Shown piece after piece: positions 1-10,334 of a stretch of DNA of 59,572 nucleotides. This DNA is from a bacterium (GTDB lineage Bacteria > Electryoneota > Electryoneia > Electryoneales > Electryoneaceae). The translations under genes and the position numbers were made by a program. The notes below the pieces were generated by a model, which worked only from the letters and a program-made list of their open reading frames with translations, had not been told where the DNA came from and did no database searches. Positions within the stretch are counted from its first letter, which is position 1, and every line of letters starts with the position of its first letter. The stretch is from contig JAZDLX010000131.1 of NCBI GenBank assembly GCA_043801585.1, positions 1 to 59,572 of the forward strand. The letters are read 5' to 3'.

Positions 1-823
1 ACGGCCGTGTGCTGCGCCACAGATCCCCCCAATCGGGCATCGGGTGGTTGTGGTCGCCTTGTGTGGTGACAAGGGTTCTCTGGACGGCGTTTTCGTAAAG
101 GGTGACCGCGTGGCCGTAGGGGATGCGCTGGTCACGCTCACCGTGGATGATCATCAGCGGAAAGGAATAACTGCGGACGGCGGCGAGGTTGTCCCACGGG
201 TCCAGCGCAAAGAACGACGGCAGAAAGTATTTGGCGACCATAGACTTCATGTCGACGAACGTGGAAATCAGGATCATCGCCCGCGATGGCCGGCGCAGCG
301 AAAGGGCACAGGCGACTGCTCCGCCAAGGGAATGACCCGCTATCAACACTCGTGTGGAATCCATCAGCCCCTTGGCGACAGTGGAATCGTACGCCGCGAC
401 AACGGCGCTCGTAATCGTTACCTGAGTCGGCTTTCCCGACGAACGGCCGTATCCGGGATACTCAGGCAGCAGAACGCCCAGGCCCATTTCGCGGAGAGCA
501 CGTACCTGGCCGACACAGAGGTCAACCAGTTGGTTATTGCCATGTGTGAAGACAACCGTCGGATAGGGAGCTATGATCGACTCCGTGGAATCGAGGGGTG
601 GCAGGTACCACGCTTCGATCTTCGCACCATCGGACTGCACGTTCATCACGACGATGTCGGGGTTTGCGGCGAGGATGCCTTCGGGCACATCACGATGCTG
701 TCCGGGGTAGATGATCGAGCGTTGAATCGAGCACCCGACGGCGAAATAGACCACGTAAATCCCGATCAAAACGGCAAAGATCAGATTCAGCGTACACAGC
801 CGATTGCTGCGGGGCTCGTTCAT
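1..823 (-). CDS. Alpha/beta hydrolase with N-terminal membrane anchor (partial, runs off left edge; absent from ORF track)
   Basis: Hand translation from ATG 823 (ATGA overlap with rluD stop): MNEPRSNRLCTLNLIFAVLIGIYVVYFAVG...FTHGNN...EYPGYGRS...GHSLGG...IIHGERD...GDHN, giving a Ser-Asp-His triad. The frame is open to the edge. Confidence 0.9.
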   Translation of the reverse strand, partial: MNEPRSNRLCTLNLIFAVLIGIYVVYFAVGCSIQRSIIYPGQHRDVPEGILAANPDIVVMNVQSDGAKIEAWYLPPLDSTESIIAPYPTVVFTHGNNQLVDLCVGQVRALREMGLGVLLPEYPGYGRSSGKPTQVTITSAVVAAYDSTVAKGLMDSTRVLIAGHSLGGAVACALSLRRPSRAMILISTFVDMKSMVAKYFLPSFFALDPWDNLAAVRSYSFPLMIIHGERDQRIPYGHAVTLYENAVQRTLVTTQGDHNHPMPDWGDLWRSTRP

Positions 824-1836
824 CGGCCCTCCCGACTGGAGAGCTGTTCACGCAGGTAGCTCAATACTGCGTTGAAATCGTCGGGAAGATCTACTTCAAA
901 ATGGAGTTTTTCACGTGTTTCCGGATGTTCGAATCCGAGCACCCGGGCGTGAAGCGCCTGGCGGTGAATCCGATTCAGCACACCCCGGGCGAGATCGCGC
1001 TGAAGGGCTCGCATCCCGCCGAGACCGCGAAGATTGCCGCCGTAAACAGGATCGGCGACGACGGGCCAGCCGCGGCTCGCCATATGCACGCGGATCTGGT
1101 GGGTGCGCCCTGTTTCGAGGGTCAGCGCGATCATCGAGAGAAACCCGAATCGTTCGAGCACCTTCCAGTGAGTGACCGCGCGTTTGCCCGTCGAAACGAT
1201 GGCGAATTTTTGGCGCTGGCTTGGGTGCCGTCCGATGGGTGCATCGACGGTCCCGGAATCCTCCCCGGGATCGCCCCAGACAAGCGCCACGTACTCCCGC
1301 TCGATATCGTGATCGTGAAATTTGCGACCGAGCTGTGTCATCGCGTGCTCGGTCTTGGCGACGACGAGCAAACCGCTGGTCTCCTTGTCGATGCGGTGAA
1401 CGATCCCCGGCCGGACAGTTGGACCTCCCGGAACCGGCAGGTCGTCGTACCGCCCCAACAGGGCGTTGACGAGGGTTCCGTCGTGATGACCCGCGGCCGG
1501 ATGGACCACCATACCCGCTTCCTTGTTGACCACAAGAATCTGGTCGTCCTCGTAGATAACTTTGAGTGGGATGTCCTCGGCGATCGCCGGAGGGCGAGGA
1601 GGGTGGGGAAAGGTGACCTCGATGACATCTCCCGCCTGCACAACCGTGGAAGCCTTCGCCGTTGATCCGTTGAACGTCACCGCACCCTCGCCGATCAGTT
1701 TCTGCACACGGTTGCGGCTGATCTTCGGAAGACGTGCCGTCACCCAGACATCCAGGCGTTCTCCGGCGGCGTAATTGACCTCGGCCTGGAGCGTGACACG
1801 GTTTGCGCCATCGGGCGGTATATCCGAAGGTTTCAT
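820..1836 (-). CDS. rluD: RluA/RluD-family 23S rRNA pseudouridine synthase
   Basis: S4 domain (RLDVWV), VVNKEAGMVVHP, VHRIDKETSGL, TGRTHQIRVH, ALHA. Start moved to ATG 1836. Confidence 0.93.
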   Translation of the reverse strand: MKPSDIPPDGANRVTLQAEVNYAAGERLDVWVTARLPKISRNRVQKLIGEGAVTFNGSTAKASTVVQAGDVIEVTFPHPPRPPAIAEDIPLKVIYEDDQILVVNKEAGMVVHPAAGHHDGTLVNALLGRYDDLPVPGGPTVRPGIVHRIDKETSGLLVVAKTEHAMTQLGRKFHDHDIEREYVALVWGDPGEDSGTVDAPIGRHPSQRQKFAIVSTGKRAVTHWKVLERFGFLSMIALTLETGRTHQIRVHMASRGWPVVADPVYGGNLRGLGGMRALQRDLARGVLNRIHRQALHARVLGFEHPETREKLHFEVDLPDDFNAVLSYLREQLSSREGR

Positions 1837-1958
1837 GCCGCAAGATAGGGCACCACATCCTTCAATTCGACTCGTTCCTTGAGGAGCGGAACCCTTGCTC
1901 AAAGGGGGTTCGGAGACGCATCTTGCCCAACACTTTCAAACCATCGCAAAGAAGCCTG

Positions 1959-3191
1959 ATGCACGATCCGACCGATTCCTCCGCGAACGATACGCCTGTT
2001 CTCATCACGGCTGATCCACGCCATCGAAAAAATCTGATCCGTGCACTCGCGGCGACACTCTTCTACGGAGCTGCCGCCGGGGTTGTCGCGGCGGTGTTGA
2101 ACAACTACCTCGCAGACGTGCACAGTTTCAACGCGGAGGAGCGAGGCTGGCTGGAGTTTCCACGCGAGCTCCCCGGGTTTCTGATCATGTTTGTCGCCGG
2201 GATGCTGCTCACCCTGATGCGGGAAACCCAGATGGCGGCTGTCGCAATGCTGTTCACGGTGATCGGTGCGCTCGGGTTGGGATGGATCGCCAGCGACACG
2301 GCGTTGCTGGTCGTTTTCATCATCATCTACTCCCTCGGAGATCACATCATCTTCGCAGTGGAGGGGCCGATCGGCCTGAAACTGGCCAAGTCTGGAAGTG
2401 AGGGGCGGCGGCTGGGTCATTTTGGCGGAGCTCGAAACTTGGGAACGATTCTCGGCGTCGGGGTCGTCTATCTCCTGTCAAAGTTCATCGGCAGCCAGTA
2501 TAGTATTTTCTTCACCGTGATGGCTGGTTTTGCGGTGATTGCGATGGTTTTCTACCTCTCGCTGACGGTCGGAAAGGGAGAGGCTCCTTCCCGCCGCCTG
2601 GTCTTCAAGAAGAAATACAGCTTGTTTTACGTGATCAGCGCCCTGTTCGGCATTCGCAAACAGATTTTTCTCGCCTTCGGGACATGGGTGCTCGTCTCGA
2701 TGCACAACGTTCCGGTGTCCACCATAGCCCTGTTGTACTTCATCTCAGCGACGCTCGGCGTCATTTTCCGTCCATTGATGGGCGAGGTGATCGACTGGTT
2801 CGGTGAGCGTGCTGTACTGGCAATGGATGAATTGTTCCTGATGCTGATTTGCCTCACCTACGCTTTTGCGGGCGACATTTTTCCGAAACCCTGGTCCCTC
2901 TACGCTCTCTATACCACGTACGTCTTTGACAACCTGCTGTTCGCGCTGAGAGTCGCACGGACGACTTACATCAAGAAAATCGCGGAAGACCCCAAGGACA
3001 TCACCCCGACCATCAGCATGGGGATCACCATCGACCATGCGGTGGCGATGACACTCCCGATTCTCTCGGGATACATCTGGGAGGCGTACGGTTTTCGCTG
3101 GGTGTTCATTATCGCTGCAACGATCGCTTTTGCGGGCTTTTTCATCTGCCTGCGGATCAAGGTGCCGAAGCAGGAGTCCCTCGCAACGTGA
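1959..3191 (+). CDS. MFS transporter
   Basis: About 12 hydrophobic segments; GEVIDWFGER motif A-like loop. Start inferred at ATG 1959. Confidence 0.85.
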   Translation: MHDPTDSSANDTPVLITADPRHRKNLIRALAATLFYGAAAGVVAAVLNNYLADVHSFNAEERGWLEFPRELPGFLIMFVAGMLLTLMRETQMAAVAMLFTVIGALGLGWIASDTALLVVFIIIYSLGDHIIFAVEGPIGLKLAKSGSEGRRLGHFGGARNLGTILGVGVVYLLSKFIGSQYSIFFTVMAGFAVIAMVFYLSLTVGKGEAPSRRLVFKKKYSLFYVISALFGIRKQIFLAFGTWVLVSMHNVPVSTIALLYFISATLGVIFRPLMGEVIDWFGERAVLAMDELFLMLICLTYAFAGDIFPKPWSLYALYTTYVFDNLLFALRVARTTYIKKIAEDPKDITPTISMGITIDHAVAMTLPILSGYIWEAYGFRWVFIIAATIAFAGFFICLRIKVPKQESLAT

Positions 3192-3291
3192 ACGGACTCG
3201 CCCGGAGTGCGATGGTTATCCGTTAAGTCTGGCAGGCGATACGGGGTTTCATCCGTATCTATATTTATCCCGGGACAGCAGGAGAAGAGCC

Positions 3292-4380
3292 TTGAAACGA
3301 ATCATGCTGGGCATAGCCGTCACCATGCTCCTGTTCGCGTTGACTTCGGTTGCGCAGGAGTCAGCCATCACTACGGTTGAAGCGGTGGGGGACGGTGAAA
3401 ATACGGAAGCCGCTCTCGCGCAGGCCCAGCGCAATGCCGTGGAGCTTGCCGTTGGGGTGCTGGTCGGCGGGGAAACGCTGGTTGGCGATTATGCGATGCT
3501 CTCTGACCGAATCGTTGCACACAGCTCCGGGTATCTGCATAAATGGGTTCTGAAAAGCCAGGAGGAGCTACCGGGTGGAGGTGTACGGGTAACCATCCGC
3601 GCGGAGGTTGCGCCGATTGTGTCTGAGCTTGTCAAAGACAATCAGGCGCTGGACTTGCTCCTGTCATGGCTCAACAAACCACGTGTGACCATCGAGATCC
3701 ACGAGGACCTGTTGGGCGACACCACCTCGAATGTCACCTCGAAAGCCCTTGCAGAAGCGTTTCGCGATGTCGGATTCATCGTGGTCGATCCCGGGATCGT
3801 GGACACACTCTTCATGGTTGCCACTGATACCGAAGATTCCATTTCGGCGGAGCTGTTGCTCACTGGTCAGGCATCCGCGCATGTCGGGACTACCCCCGCA
3901 GTGATGAAACGGGCGGGAATGGTCAGTGTCCAAGCCTCAATAACGGCGTCACTGATTCAGTTTGATACACGGGAGGTTCTCGCGACGAGGATGCGCCGTG
4001 TCGCCTCACCGCACATCGACAGCACCCAGGCGGGTAGGAGCGCCCTGGAGGAAGCGGCGTCGTCCGTGGCTGACAGCCTGATTTCGGACGTGATTACGGT
4101 TTGGGCTCTGCAACGGGCAAACGCTCTTCCGCTCGAGGTCGTGATACGTGGCGTCACCCCCGAAATGAAAAGCGCGAGCGCGGAGCTTGTTAAAGAAGCG
4201 CCGGGTGTGCGCAGAATCTTTGAACGCAGCTACGAAAATGGAAATCTCGAAGTGATCGCGGAAATGGTGGGAACCTCTTCGCGTCTTGCGGAACACGCCC
4301 GGACGTGGAGTGTGGACGGTCATCCGTTGAAGATCGCCTCCCTCAGCTGGGGGAAAATTGTCTTCGAGGTGGTTCAGTGA
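3292..4380 (+). CDS. Exported hypothetical protein (FlgT-N-like N-terminal domain)
   Basis: TTG after AGGAG; signal peptide; VEAVGDG...ALAQAQRNAVELAVG pattern; GTGA-coupled to maf. Confidence 0.6.
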   Translation: MKRIMLGIAVTMLLFALTSVAQESAITTVEAVGDGENTEAALAQAQRNAVELAVGVLVGGETLVGDYAMLSDRIVAHSSGYLHKWVLKSQEELPGGGVRVTIRAEVAPIVSELVKDNQALDLLLSWLNKPRVTIEIHEDLLGDTTSNVTSKALAEAFRDVGFIVVDPGIVDTLFMVATDTEDSISAELLLTGQASAHVGTTPAVMKRAGMVSVQASITASLIQFDTREVLATRMRRVASPHIDSTQAGRSALEEAASSVADSLISDVITVWALQRANALPLEVVIRGVTPEMKSASAELVKEAPGVRRIFERSYENGNLEVIAEMVGTSSRLAEHARTWSVDGHPLKIASLSWGKIVFEVVQ

Positions 4381-4985
4381 TCCTGACTCCTCAGGAGCTG
4401 CCGTGGACTCTCGCTTCGGCATCTCCGCGACGACTGCGACTGTTGCGTCAGGTGGGGATTGAGCCGCGGGTGATTCCGGCGGACATCGACGAGGAAAACG
4501 GGGGTTCGCCTCCAGAGCGTGCAGCCCTTGAAAACGCTCGGCGGAAGGCTGTTGCGGTTCGTGACCGGGTCGAAAACGGCATTCTCCTCGCAGCGGACAC
4601 AGTTGTCATTCTGGATGGTGAATCACTGGGAAAACCTGTGGATGCAGCGGAAGCGGAGAGAATGCTGGCCCGTCTCTCCGGCCGCACCCATGAGGTGATC
4701 ACCGCTTTCTCTCTGCTCTGGGTGGAACGGGGACTTGAGATGGAAGATAGTGAGCGAACGCAAGTCAAGATGCGTACCTTACCCACCTGCGAAATCGAAC
4801 GTTACGTGGCCACCGGAGAACCTTTCGACAAGGCTGGAGCCTACGGAATCCAGGGCGCCGCCGCGGCTTTCGTGGAACGGGTGGAGGGGTGTTACTTTAA
4901 CGTAGTTGGGTTGCCGATTTCGCGTATTCTGGGTCATGTGTCGCGTTGGGTGGGCGAATATGTGGAAGATCAGCGGGGTGCATAG
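4377..4985 (+). CDS. maf: Maf family nucleoside triphosphate pyrophosphatase
   Basis: LASASPRR, ADTVV, LGKP, DKAGAYGIQG, NVVGLP. Confidence 0.95.
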   Translation: MILTPQELPWTLASASPRRLRLLRQVGIEPRVIPADIDEENGGSPPERAALENARRKAVAVRDRVENGILLAADTVVILDGESLGKPVDAAEAERMLARLSGRTHEVITAFSLLWVERGLEMEDSERTQVKMRTLPTCEIERYVATGEPFDKAGAYGIQGAAAAFVERVEGCYFNVVGLPISRILGHVSRWVGEYVEDQRGA

Positions 4986-6083
4986 ATGAGTGAATTGATG
5001 TTCCAGGATCCCAAGAAAAAGTTTTGCGAGATGCTTGTCGAGGCGAGAACGTCGAAAAACCTCGATATCAGCCGGGTTGCTGAAAAAAGCAAGATTGCGC
5101 AGCATTACCTGGAAAAAATAGAAGCTGGAGAATGGGATTTTCTGCCCCATGCCTATGTCCGGGCGTTCCTTCGCACCTATGTGCAGATCCTCGGGCTGAA
5201 CTTCGAAGAAATCCTCGCCCAGTTCGACGACATCGTCGATGAACCACCGGTGCCGATTCCCGGAAAAATGGTCGAGGATGAACGCGAACGGGAACGCGGC
5301 AAGGATATGAAAGTGAGGCGGCGCAAGCTGGGGGAGGATGATGAGGATCTTAATCACAAGCCGCTGAAGTTCACGCTCGCCGGAGAGGGGAGCACGGCAG
5401 AGCCATACCGCCGTTCCTCCAGCGACAACAGTTCAGGGGGGAATCCCATCTTCTGGGTGGGCGGGCTGGTGATTGCTGCAGCGGTCGTTGGCGCCCTTCT
5501 CTTCTGGCCACGCGAAAAGGCAGCCAAGACGGTCGAGGAAATCCCCTTCGAAGATGTGGTGCAGGAACACGAACAGATGGTAGCGAATGCGCCTGAACAA
5601 CCGGCGCCTAATGAAGTAGCGAAGGCGCAGGAGGAAATCGCTCGGCAGGGAGAGCAGCTCGAACAGGAACTCCGGAACGAGTTGACCCTGGTGACTCAGG
5701 CTACCCAGAGATGCTATATCCGGGTCTCCGCGGATCGTGACAGCATTCCACTGGATGACATCGTGCTGGAAGCCGGGATGTCAAGGACTTATTTCGCCGA
5801 TTCGGTGTTTGCGATTGTCATCGGCAACGCTGGTGGGATGAAACTGATCCTCAACGGAAATGACCTGGGTCCGCTCGGTGAGGAGGGACGGGTTGTCACC
5901 GCCTATATCGGCGAAAATGGTCTTCGCCGACTGAGGCTCGGCGCGCGTTCACACCCCAAAGTTGAGGAAAAACCCGCCGAGACATCAGCGGAACCGATAA
6001 TTGATGAATCCATATTGGCTCCTCGCGCCACTCGCACTCCGGTTCGCACTCCAACCGAACCGGATACGACTCGCCATCAATAG
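4986..6083 (+). CDS. rodZ: RodZ-like cytoskeleton protein (HTH + TM + DUF4115-like)
   Basis: YLEKIEAG...YVRAFLRTY HTH, single TM, C-terminal IGNAGG...LNG motif. Confidence 0.82.
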   Translation: MSELMFQDPKKKFCEMLVEARTSKNLDISRVAEKSKIAQHYLEKIEAGEWDFLPHAYVRAFLRTYVQILGLNFEEILAQFDDIVDEPPVPIPGKMVEDERERERGKDMKVRRRKLGEDDEDLNHKPLKFTLAGEGSTAEPYRRSSSDNSSGGNPIFWVGGLVIAAAVVGALLFWPREKAAKTVEEIPFEDVVQEHEQMVANAPEQPAPNEVAKAQEEIARQGEQLEQELRNELTLVTQATQRCYIRVSADRDSIPLDDIVLEAGMSRTYFADSVFAIVIGNAGGMKLILNGNDLGPLGEEGRVVTAYIGENGLRRLRLGARSHPKVEEKPAETSAEPIIDESILAPRATRTPVRTPTEPDTTRHQ

Positions 6084-6113
6084 CGCATTGGTGTCGCATT
6101 GCATGGAATGTCC

Positions 6114-6142
6114 CCGGGATTCCCACTATCCCGGTTTTTTTG
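6114..6142 (+). terminator. Rho-independent terminator after rodZ
   Basis: CCGGGAT-tcccact-ATCCCGG followed by a T run. Confidence 0.8.
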
Positions 6143-6182
6143 TTGCGCCGATGGCGACTGCTCCCTGAACTGACCTTGGATT

Positions 6183-6236
6183 CAAAAGTGACAGTTACCT
6201 TTGAAAAACTGCGTTCAAAGGAAACTGTCACTTTTG
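6183..6236. repeat. 23-bp inverted repeat, 1 mismatch (REP-like)
   Basis: caaaagtgacagttacctttgaa / ttcaaaggaaactgtcacttttg. Confidence 0.85.
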
Positions 6237-6304
6237 GCTTGTCCCGATGTGCCATCACCAGCAATGCCGACCTGTCGGCATCGCGAACGTGAACTCCAGA
6301 TGGA

Positions 6305-6358
6305 GTGTAATCAGGGACAGTCCCCAGAAATCTATTAGGGGACTGTCCCTGATTACAC
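6305..6358. repeat. Perfect 21-bp inverted repeat (GGGACAGTCCCC-type REP-like)
   Basis: gtgtaatcagggacagtcccc / ggggactgtccctgattacac. Confidence 0.9.
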
Positions 6359-6467
6359 GATATCGTAAACCCTCCGATTCTTACAGTGTCACCGGATGAA
6401 CACAAATAAACCCTGTCGGACGAGCCAGCCTGCGGTGGGCAAGCCGACAGGGCCAATTTCCTCGTTT

Positions 6468-6511
6468 GTCATTGCGAGGAATCCGTCAGCCGACGGATGA
6501 CGAAGCAATCT
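6468..6511. repeat. GTCATTGCGAG...GAAGCAATC palindromic element (RPE-like)
   Basis: gtcattgcgaggaatccgtcagccgacggatgacgaagcaatct with internal hairpin atccgtc/gacggat. Confidence 0.65.
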
Positions 6512-6602
6512 TGCGGGGGGGTTGGCTCGTGAATTCTTTCCCGGGTTTCATTCCTGGCTGCCCATCGCTCTCCCGGAAGTGGAAACCCGGTCCAAACGCC
6601 CC

Positions 6603-7283
6603 TCAACTACCCGATCTGACAGCTCGAAATTTGATCGAACAGCCAACCGAACGGGTTTCCGGCTTGACAATGGGATTGCCGGCTTTTGCCGCTTCCAGCG
6701 CGTTCTGGAGATAATGTTCGGATACGGCTGACGCGTTCTGAGCGTTGTCGTCCACGGCGCCGTGGTAGATGAGACGGTTGTCACTGTCGAACAGGAAAAT
6801 TTCAGGGGTTTTCGTTGCGCTGAACGCCCTGCCGACGTCGCTGGTGGCATCGACCACGTAGGGATAATTCATCTTCATGGATCTGGCCCGAATGACCATC
6901 CCTTCGAAATCATCCTCCGAATAAGCCGCCGGGTCGTTTGGATTGATTGCGATCACGCCGAATCCATCCTTAACCGCCTGGTTCGCAATCGCAACAGTAC
7001 GGTCCTGCCACGCCTTGACGTAGGGGCAGTGGTTGCAGGTGAAAATCACGAGTGTGCCCTTTTCGCCCTTGACCGCGGCGATCGACGTCATCGATCCGTC
7101 CACATTCTTCATTGGGTGATCGGACATCGGGATGGTACCGCCGAGGGCCAACTGTGTCTGTGAAGTGGCCTTGTTGGGGGATTTGTCCCCCGCCTGGGGT
7201 TGGGATTGTGTATCGGATCGGGCGCACCCTGCTACGATCAGCAATGTTGCGAGAACATAAGGAATCAGCCTATTTCGGCTCAT
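6603..7283 (-). CDS. Thioredoxin-family (AhpC/TSA-like) lipoprotein
   Basis: Lipobox VAGC; FTCNHCPYV, TPEIFLFD, YHGAVDD, GCSIK; GAGGAGG before ATG 7283. Confidence 0.9.
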   Translation of the reverse strand: MSRNRLIPYVLATLLIVAGCARSDTQSQPQAGDKSPNKATSQTQLALGGTIPMSDHPMKNVDGSMTSIAAVKGEKGTLVIFTCNHCPYVKAWQDRTVAIANQAVKDGFGVIAINPNDPAAYSEDDFEGMVIRARSMKMNYPYVVDATSDVGRAFSATKTPEIFLFDSDNRLIYHGAVDDNAQNASAVSEHYLQNALEAAKAGNPIVKPETRSVGCSIKFRAVRSGS

Positions 7284-7316
7284 GAGCGCCTCCTCGTATT
7301 GCAATGTTGAGAAAAG

Positions 7317-7904
7317 CTATCTACGCGAATGAAGGTATGGCTGCACCTTCCGTTCAAATTGTTCCAAGGTAAGGGCCTCGTTCCACCAGGCGATCAGGGT
7401 TCCCGTCGAATCGTAGAGAAATGAAGCTGGAATTGCGCCTGACCAATCCGGTTGAATCTCCCGGATGAAGGGATCGTCCTTCTGGCCCTTGATGTACGAG
7501 GGGAGGGAGCCGCCTTTCGCCAGCAGGGTGTCCAGCGCAGCAGCAGCATTCTCGTGGAAATCCATCGAAACGAAGATGACTTCGAGACCACGGTCGGAGT
7601 ATTTCCGTTGCAACTGAACCAGGGCCGGCATCTCCTCGCGGCAAGGCACACACCATGTCGACCAGAAATTGACAAGTGTCAATTTCGCGTCAGAGTGCTC
7701 GATCATCGAGTGCAACCGGTCGGCGTCCACCGGAGTCAATGCGGAGGGATCGTCCGCCCATCCGCTTGCGGAGGTAACGAAGACAATCGGAAATGCAACG
7801 CTGAGAAGTGACAGGAACAGGAGAATGACGCGCAGATGCAGCCATGATGGGGTTCGAATTCGTCCGGTAGTCAAGGTTTCTCCAGTGACTGTGATCCACG
7901 CCAT
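7317..7904 (-). CDS. TlpA-family thiol-disulfide oxidoreductase
   Basis: VNFWSTWCVPCREEMP, GAIP cis-Pro loop, N-terminal hydrophobic segment. Start uncertain. Confidence 0.88.
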   Translation of the reverse strand: MAWITVTGETLTTGRIRTPSWLHLRVILLFLSLLSVAFPIVFVTSASGWADDPSALTPVDADRLHSMIEHSDAKLTLVNFWSTWCVPCREEMPALVQLQRKYSDRGLEVIFVSMDFHENAAAALDTLLAKGGSLPSYIKGQKDDPFIREIQPDWSGAIPASFLYDSTGTLIAWWNEALTLEQFERKVQPYLHSRR

Positions 7905-8071
7905 CCCAAACGGCTCAATGACCAGAAAATAAGAAAGCCGAATAAATGTTTTCTCGCTGGAAAACCGTCTGCGGAAACCAGCAGAGACAGGTGAACTGAC
8001 GATGATTCATGGTGAGCTTTCAGCGCGCGTGCTATATTCGCGGAATGCATGTTCACCCTTGGGAGTGACGG

Positions 8072-9001
8072 ATGGAGGGGGGATCACGGGCAGCGACCAT
8101 CGCGGTCATCATTGCCATGTTTGCCTACGCCTGGGCGGCGATCCTGATCCGTTGGGCACAGGAGGCGAGCCCGTTGGTGATCGCCTTCTATCGGATGCTG
8201 ATCGGGACGGTGGTTTGGGCGCCTTTCTATTTCATCCATTCCAGAGGCACGACACCGATAAAAATCACCGGAAGGCAATGGCGTTACATGCTGCTGGCGG
8301 GACTCGGCCTCTGTTTCCACTTTGCCACCTGGATCACCTCCATCTCGTACACGACAGTCGCCTCGGCGGTTTTTCTGATCATGACCCAGCCGATCATGGT
8401 GGCCGTCGCCGCTCATTTCATTTTGCGTGAACGGCTTAACCGAATCAGCCTCGTCGCGATGGGGATGACCGTGATCGGTGCATTTCTGATCTTCGGCGGC
8501 GATTTTTCAGTCTCACAGCGCGCGTTGTTCGGCGATTTTCTTGCATTGCTCGGTGCGATGGGTGCAGGCGTCTACCTGTTCATTGCGCGCATTGTGCGGC
8601 CGGATCGCGAAGGTGGGGAACAGGGCGTGCCACTCACCCGTTACCTCCCGGTTGTCTATGCGACGGCAACCGTGGGACTGGGGTTGCTCGCGCTGATCCG
8701 TGGTGACCGTTTTGGACCTTTTCAACCCCAGACGTGGTGGGCGATGCTGGCCCTCGGCCTGGTGCCGCAGGTGATCGGCCACAGCCTGCTCAATTGGGCG
8801 TTGAAATACCTCCCCGCGCTGCAGGTAAACATCACCCTCGTAGGCGAGCCGATCGGCGCTTCCATTCTGGCTTTTCTATTACTGCAGGAATCACCGTCAG
8901 CCGGTCTGCTGGTCGGATCGCCCTTCCTTATTCTGGCGGTCTTCCTGATCTTCAGAAAACCGCCAAAAACTGTTGAAATGGCAGCACAGAGCCCACTCTG
9001 A
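8072..9001 (+). CDS. DMT/EamA family transporter
   Basis: About 10 TM in two repeats; TTVASA, QP, GEPIGA. Confidence 0.9.
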   Translation: MEGGSRAATIAVIIAMFAYAWAAILIRWAQEASPLVIAFYRMLIGTVVWAPFYFIHSRGTTPIKITGRQWRYMLLAGLGLCFHFATWITSISYTTVASAVFLIMTQPIMVAVAAHFILRERLNRISLVAMGMTVIGAFLIFGGDFSVSQRALFGDFLALLGAMGAGVYLFIARIVRPDREGGEQGVPLTRYLPVVYATATVGLGLLALIRGDRFGPFQPQTWWAMLALGLVPQVIGHSLLNWALKYLPALQVNITLVGEPIGASILAFLLLQESPSAGLLVGSPFLILAVFLIFRKPPKTVEMAAQSPL

Positions 9002-9050
9002 CGGAATGATCCGTAACGTGAGATGAAGGTTTGCGAAAAGGAAGAAAAGC

Positions 9051-10064
9051 TCATTCCGGAAGTATCAGGTCCACACGATAGGCGAGGTGATCGCTGAAGG
9101 CGGCCTTGAACCGGGCGGCGTTCACAGCTCCGGTAAAACCGTGGTAAAGGACCGCATCGAGGCGCAGCAAGGGAAATTGTCGCGGCCAGGTGCCGCCAAG
9201 ACCGATTCCGGCAACTCTCCAACTGTCGATAAGGATCGATTTCAGCGGTTTCAGGGCGCGGTTCGTCGGCGTGGCGTTGAGATCACCGGCAACGATGACC
9301 GGGTGGAACGTCCCTTCGACGGCTTCCTGAATCAGCCTCGCCTGCTGCAGGCGGAGTTTCCACGACTCGATAACACCCCAAAGCTGCTCGTTTCGCTTGG
9401 TCGATTCCAGTTGCACGGAAATCACGCGGACGCGTTGCCCGTTGACGTCGATCTGAACGGCGATGAACTGACGCTCCATTTCCTTCCACGAGGATGTTAC
9501 AAGGGTGTCCGTGCTGAGAATCGGGTAGCGCGAGAAAATCGCCGTACCCATGCCGGCGTCATCACGCAGCATCGCAAACCGTCCGTCATATCCCCGTTCC
9601 CTGGCCTGCGAGAAAAGCTTGTCCAGATGCTCGACATACACTTCCTGGAGGCAGAATACATCGGCATTCTCTGTGGCAATACGATCAACAAGACCGGTCA
9701 GCGAAGCCGTTGCGGTGTTCATCGTGACAATCCGCAACTTCCTCTCTTCCGGCACCGTCTGGTTGAAATGGGCGATTGGAAGGTACCAGAAGGCTTCGAT
9801 GATGACAATCAACACAGGAACAATCGCCATCGTCGATGCGCGTTGCCGTCCCCGTTTACGGTCGACAACCGCGACGATGACCAGTGCGATGGCGAGCGCA
9901 AACCGGATCAGTTGATTGCCGCTCAGCCATTCAAAGCTCAACAGAAAATCGATGGGCAGATACCGAAGGATAATCGGGAAAATCAGCAGCAGAGTAATGA
10001 CATCAAAAATGAACGCTTCATCCCGTCCAATTCGACGTGACCGTTTACGAAAGGAGCGCTGCAT
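9051..10064 (-). CDS. Membrane-anchored endonuclease/exonuclease/phosphatase family protein
   Basis: 3 TM then TMN, CLQE, AGDLN, RLD, SDH motifs. Start at ATG 10064. Confidence 0.88.
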   Translation of the reverse strand: MQRSFRKRSRRIGRDEAFIFDVITLLLIFPIILRYLPIDFLLSFEWLSGNQLIRFALAIALVIVAVVDRKRGRQRASTMAIVPVLIVIIEAFWYLPIAHFNQTVPEERKLRIVTMNTATASLTGLVDRIATENADVFCLQEVYVEHLDKLFSQARERGYDGRFAMLRDDAGMGTAIFSRYPILSTDTLVTSSWKEMERQFIAVQIDVNGQRVRVISVQLESTKRNEQLWGVIESWKLRLQQARLIQEAVEGTFHPVIVAGDLNATPTNRALKPLKSILIDSWRVAGIGLGGTWPRQFPLLRLDAVLYHGFTGAVNAARFKAAFSDHLAYRVDLILPE

Positions 10065-10334
10065 CTGGTTGTCCTTCGGGTGCAGGTGGAAAGACTCTGT
10101 CCGACCTGCTAACCTACCTATCGTTTGAGCGGGATGCAACGGGGATCTCGTCAAATTGCGTGTACATGCCGGAAAAAGAATGCCCTGGGTGCCATCGGCA
10201 GGACGACCGGAGTATGCGAGGAGACACCTTCGCCCGGGGTTGGAAAACAATAAATTCTGCCTTAGTTTAATGCCCGCGCAGGCTACTAAAGTCCGCCTGC
10301 GATACCAAACATTCATTTTTTTTGAGGAAGTATT

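Noticed and set aside
44..859. 271-aa plus-strand ORF
   Set aside because: Antisense shadow of the minus-strand hydrolase; no motifs.
6088..6103. Sigma-54 promoter (TGGTGT...TTGC)
   Set aside because: GG-GC spacing is off by one and it lies just before a terminator.
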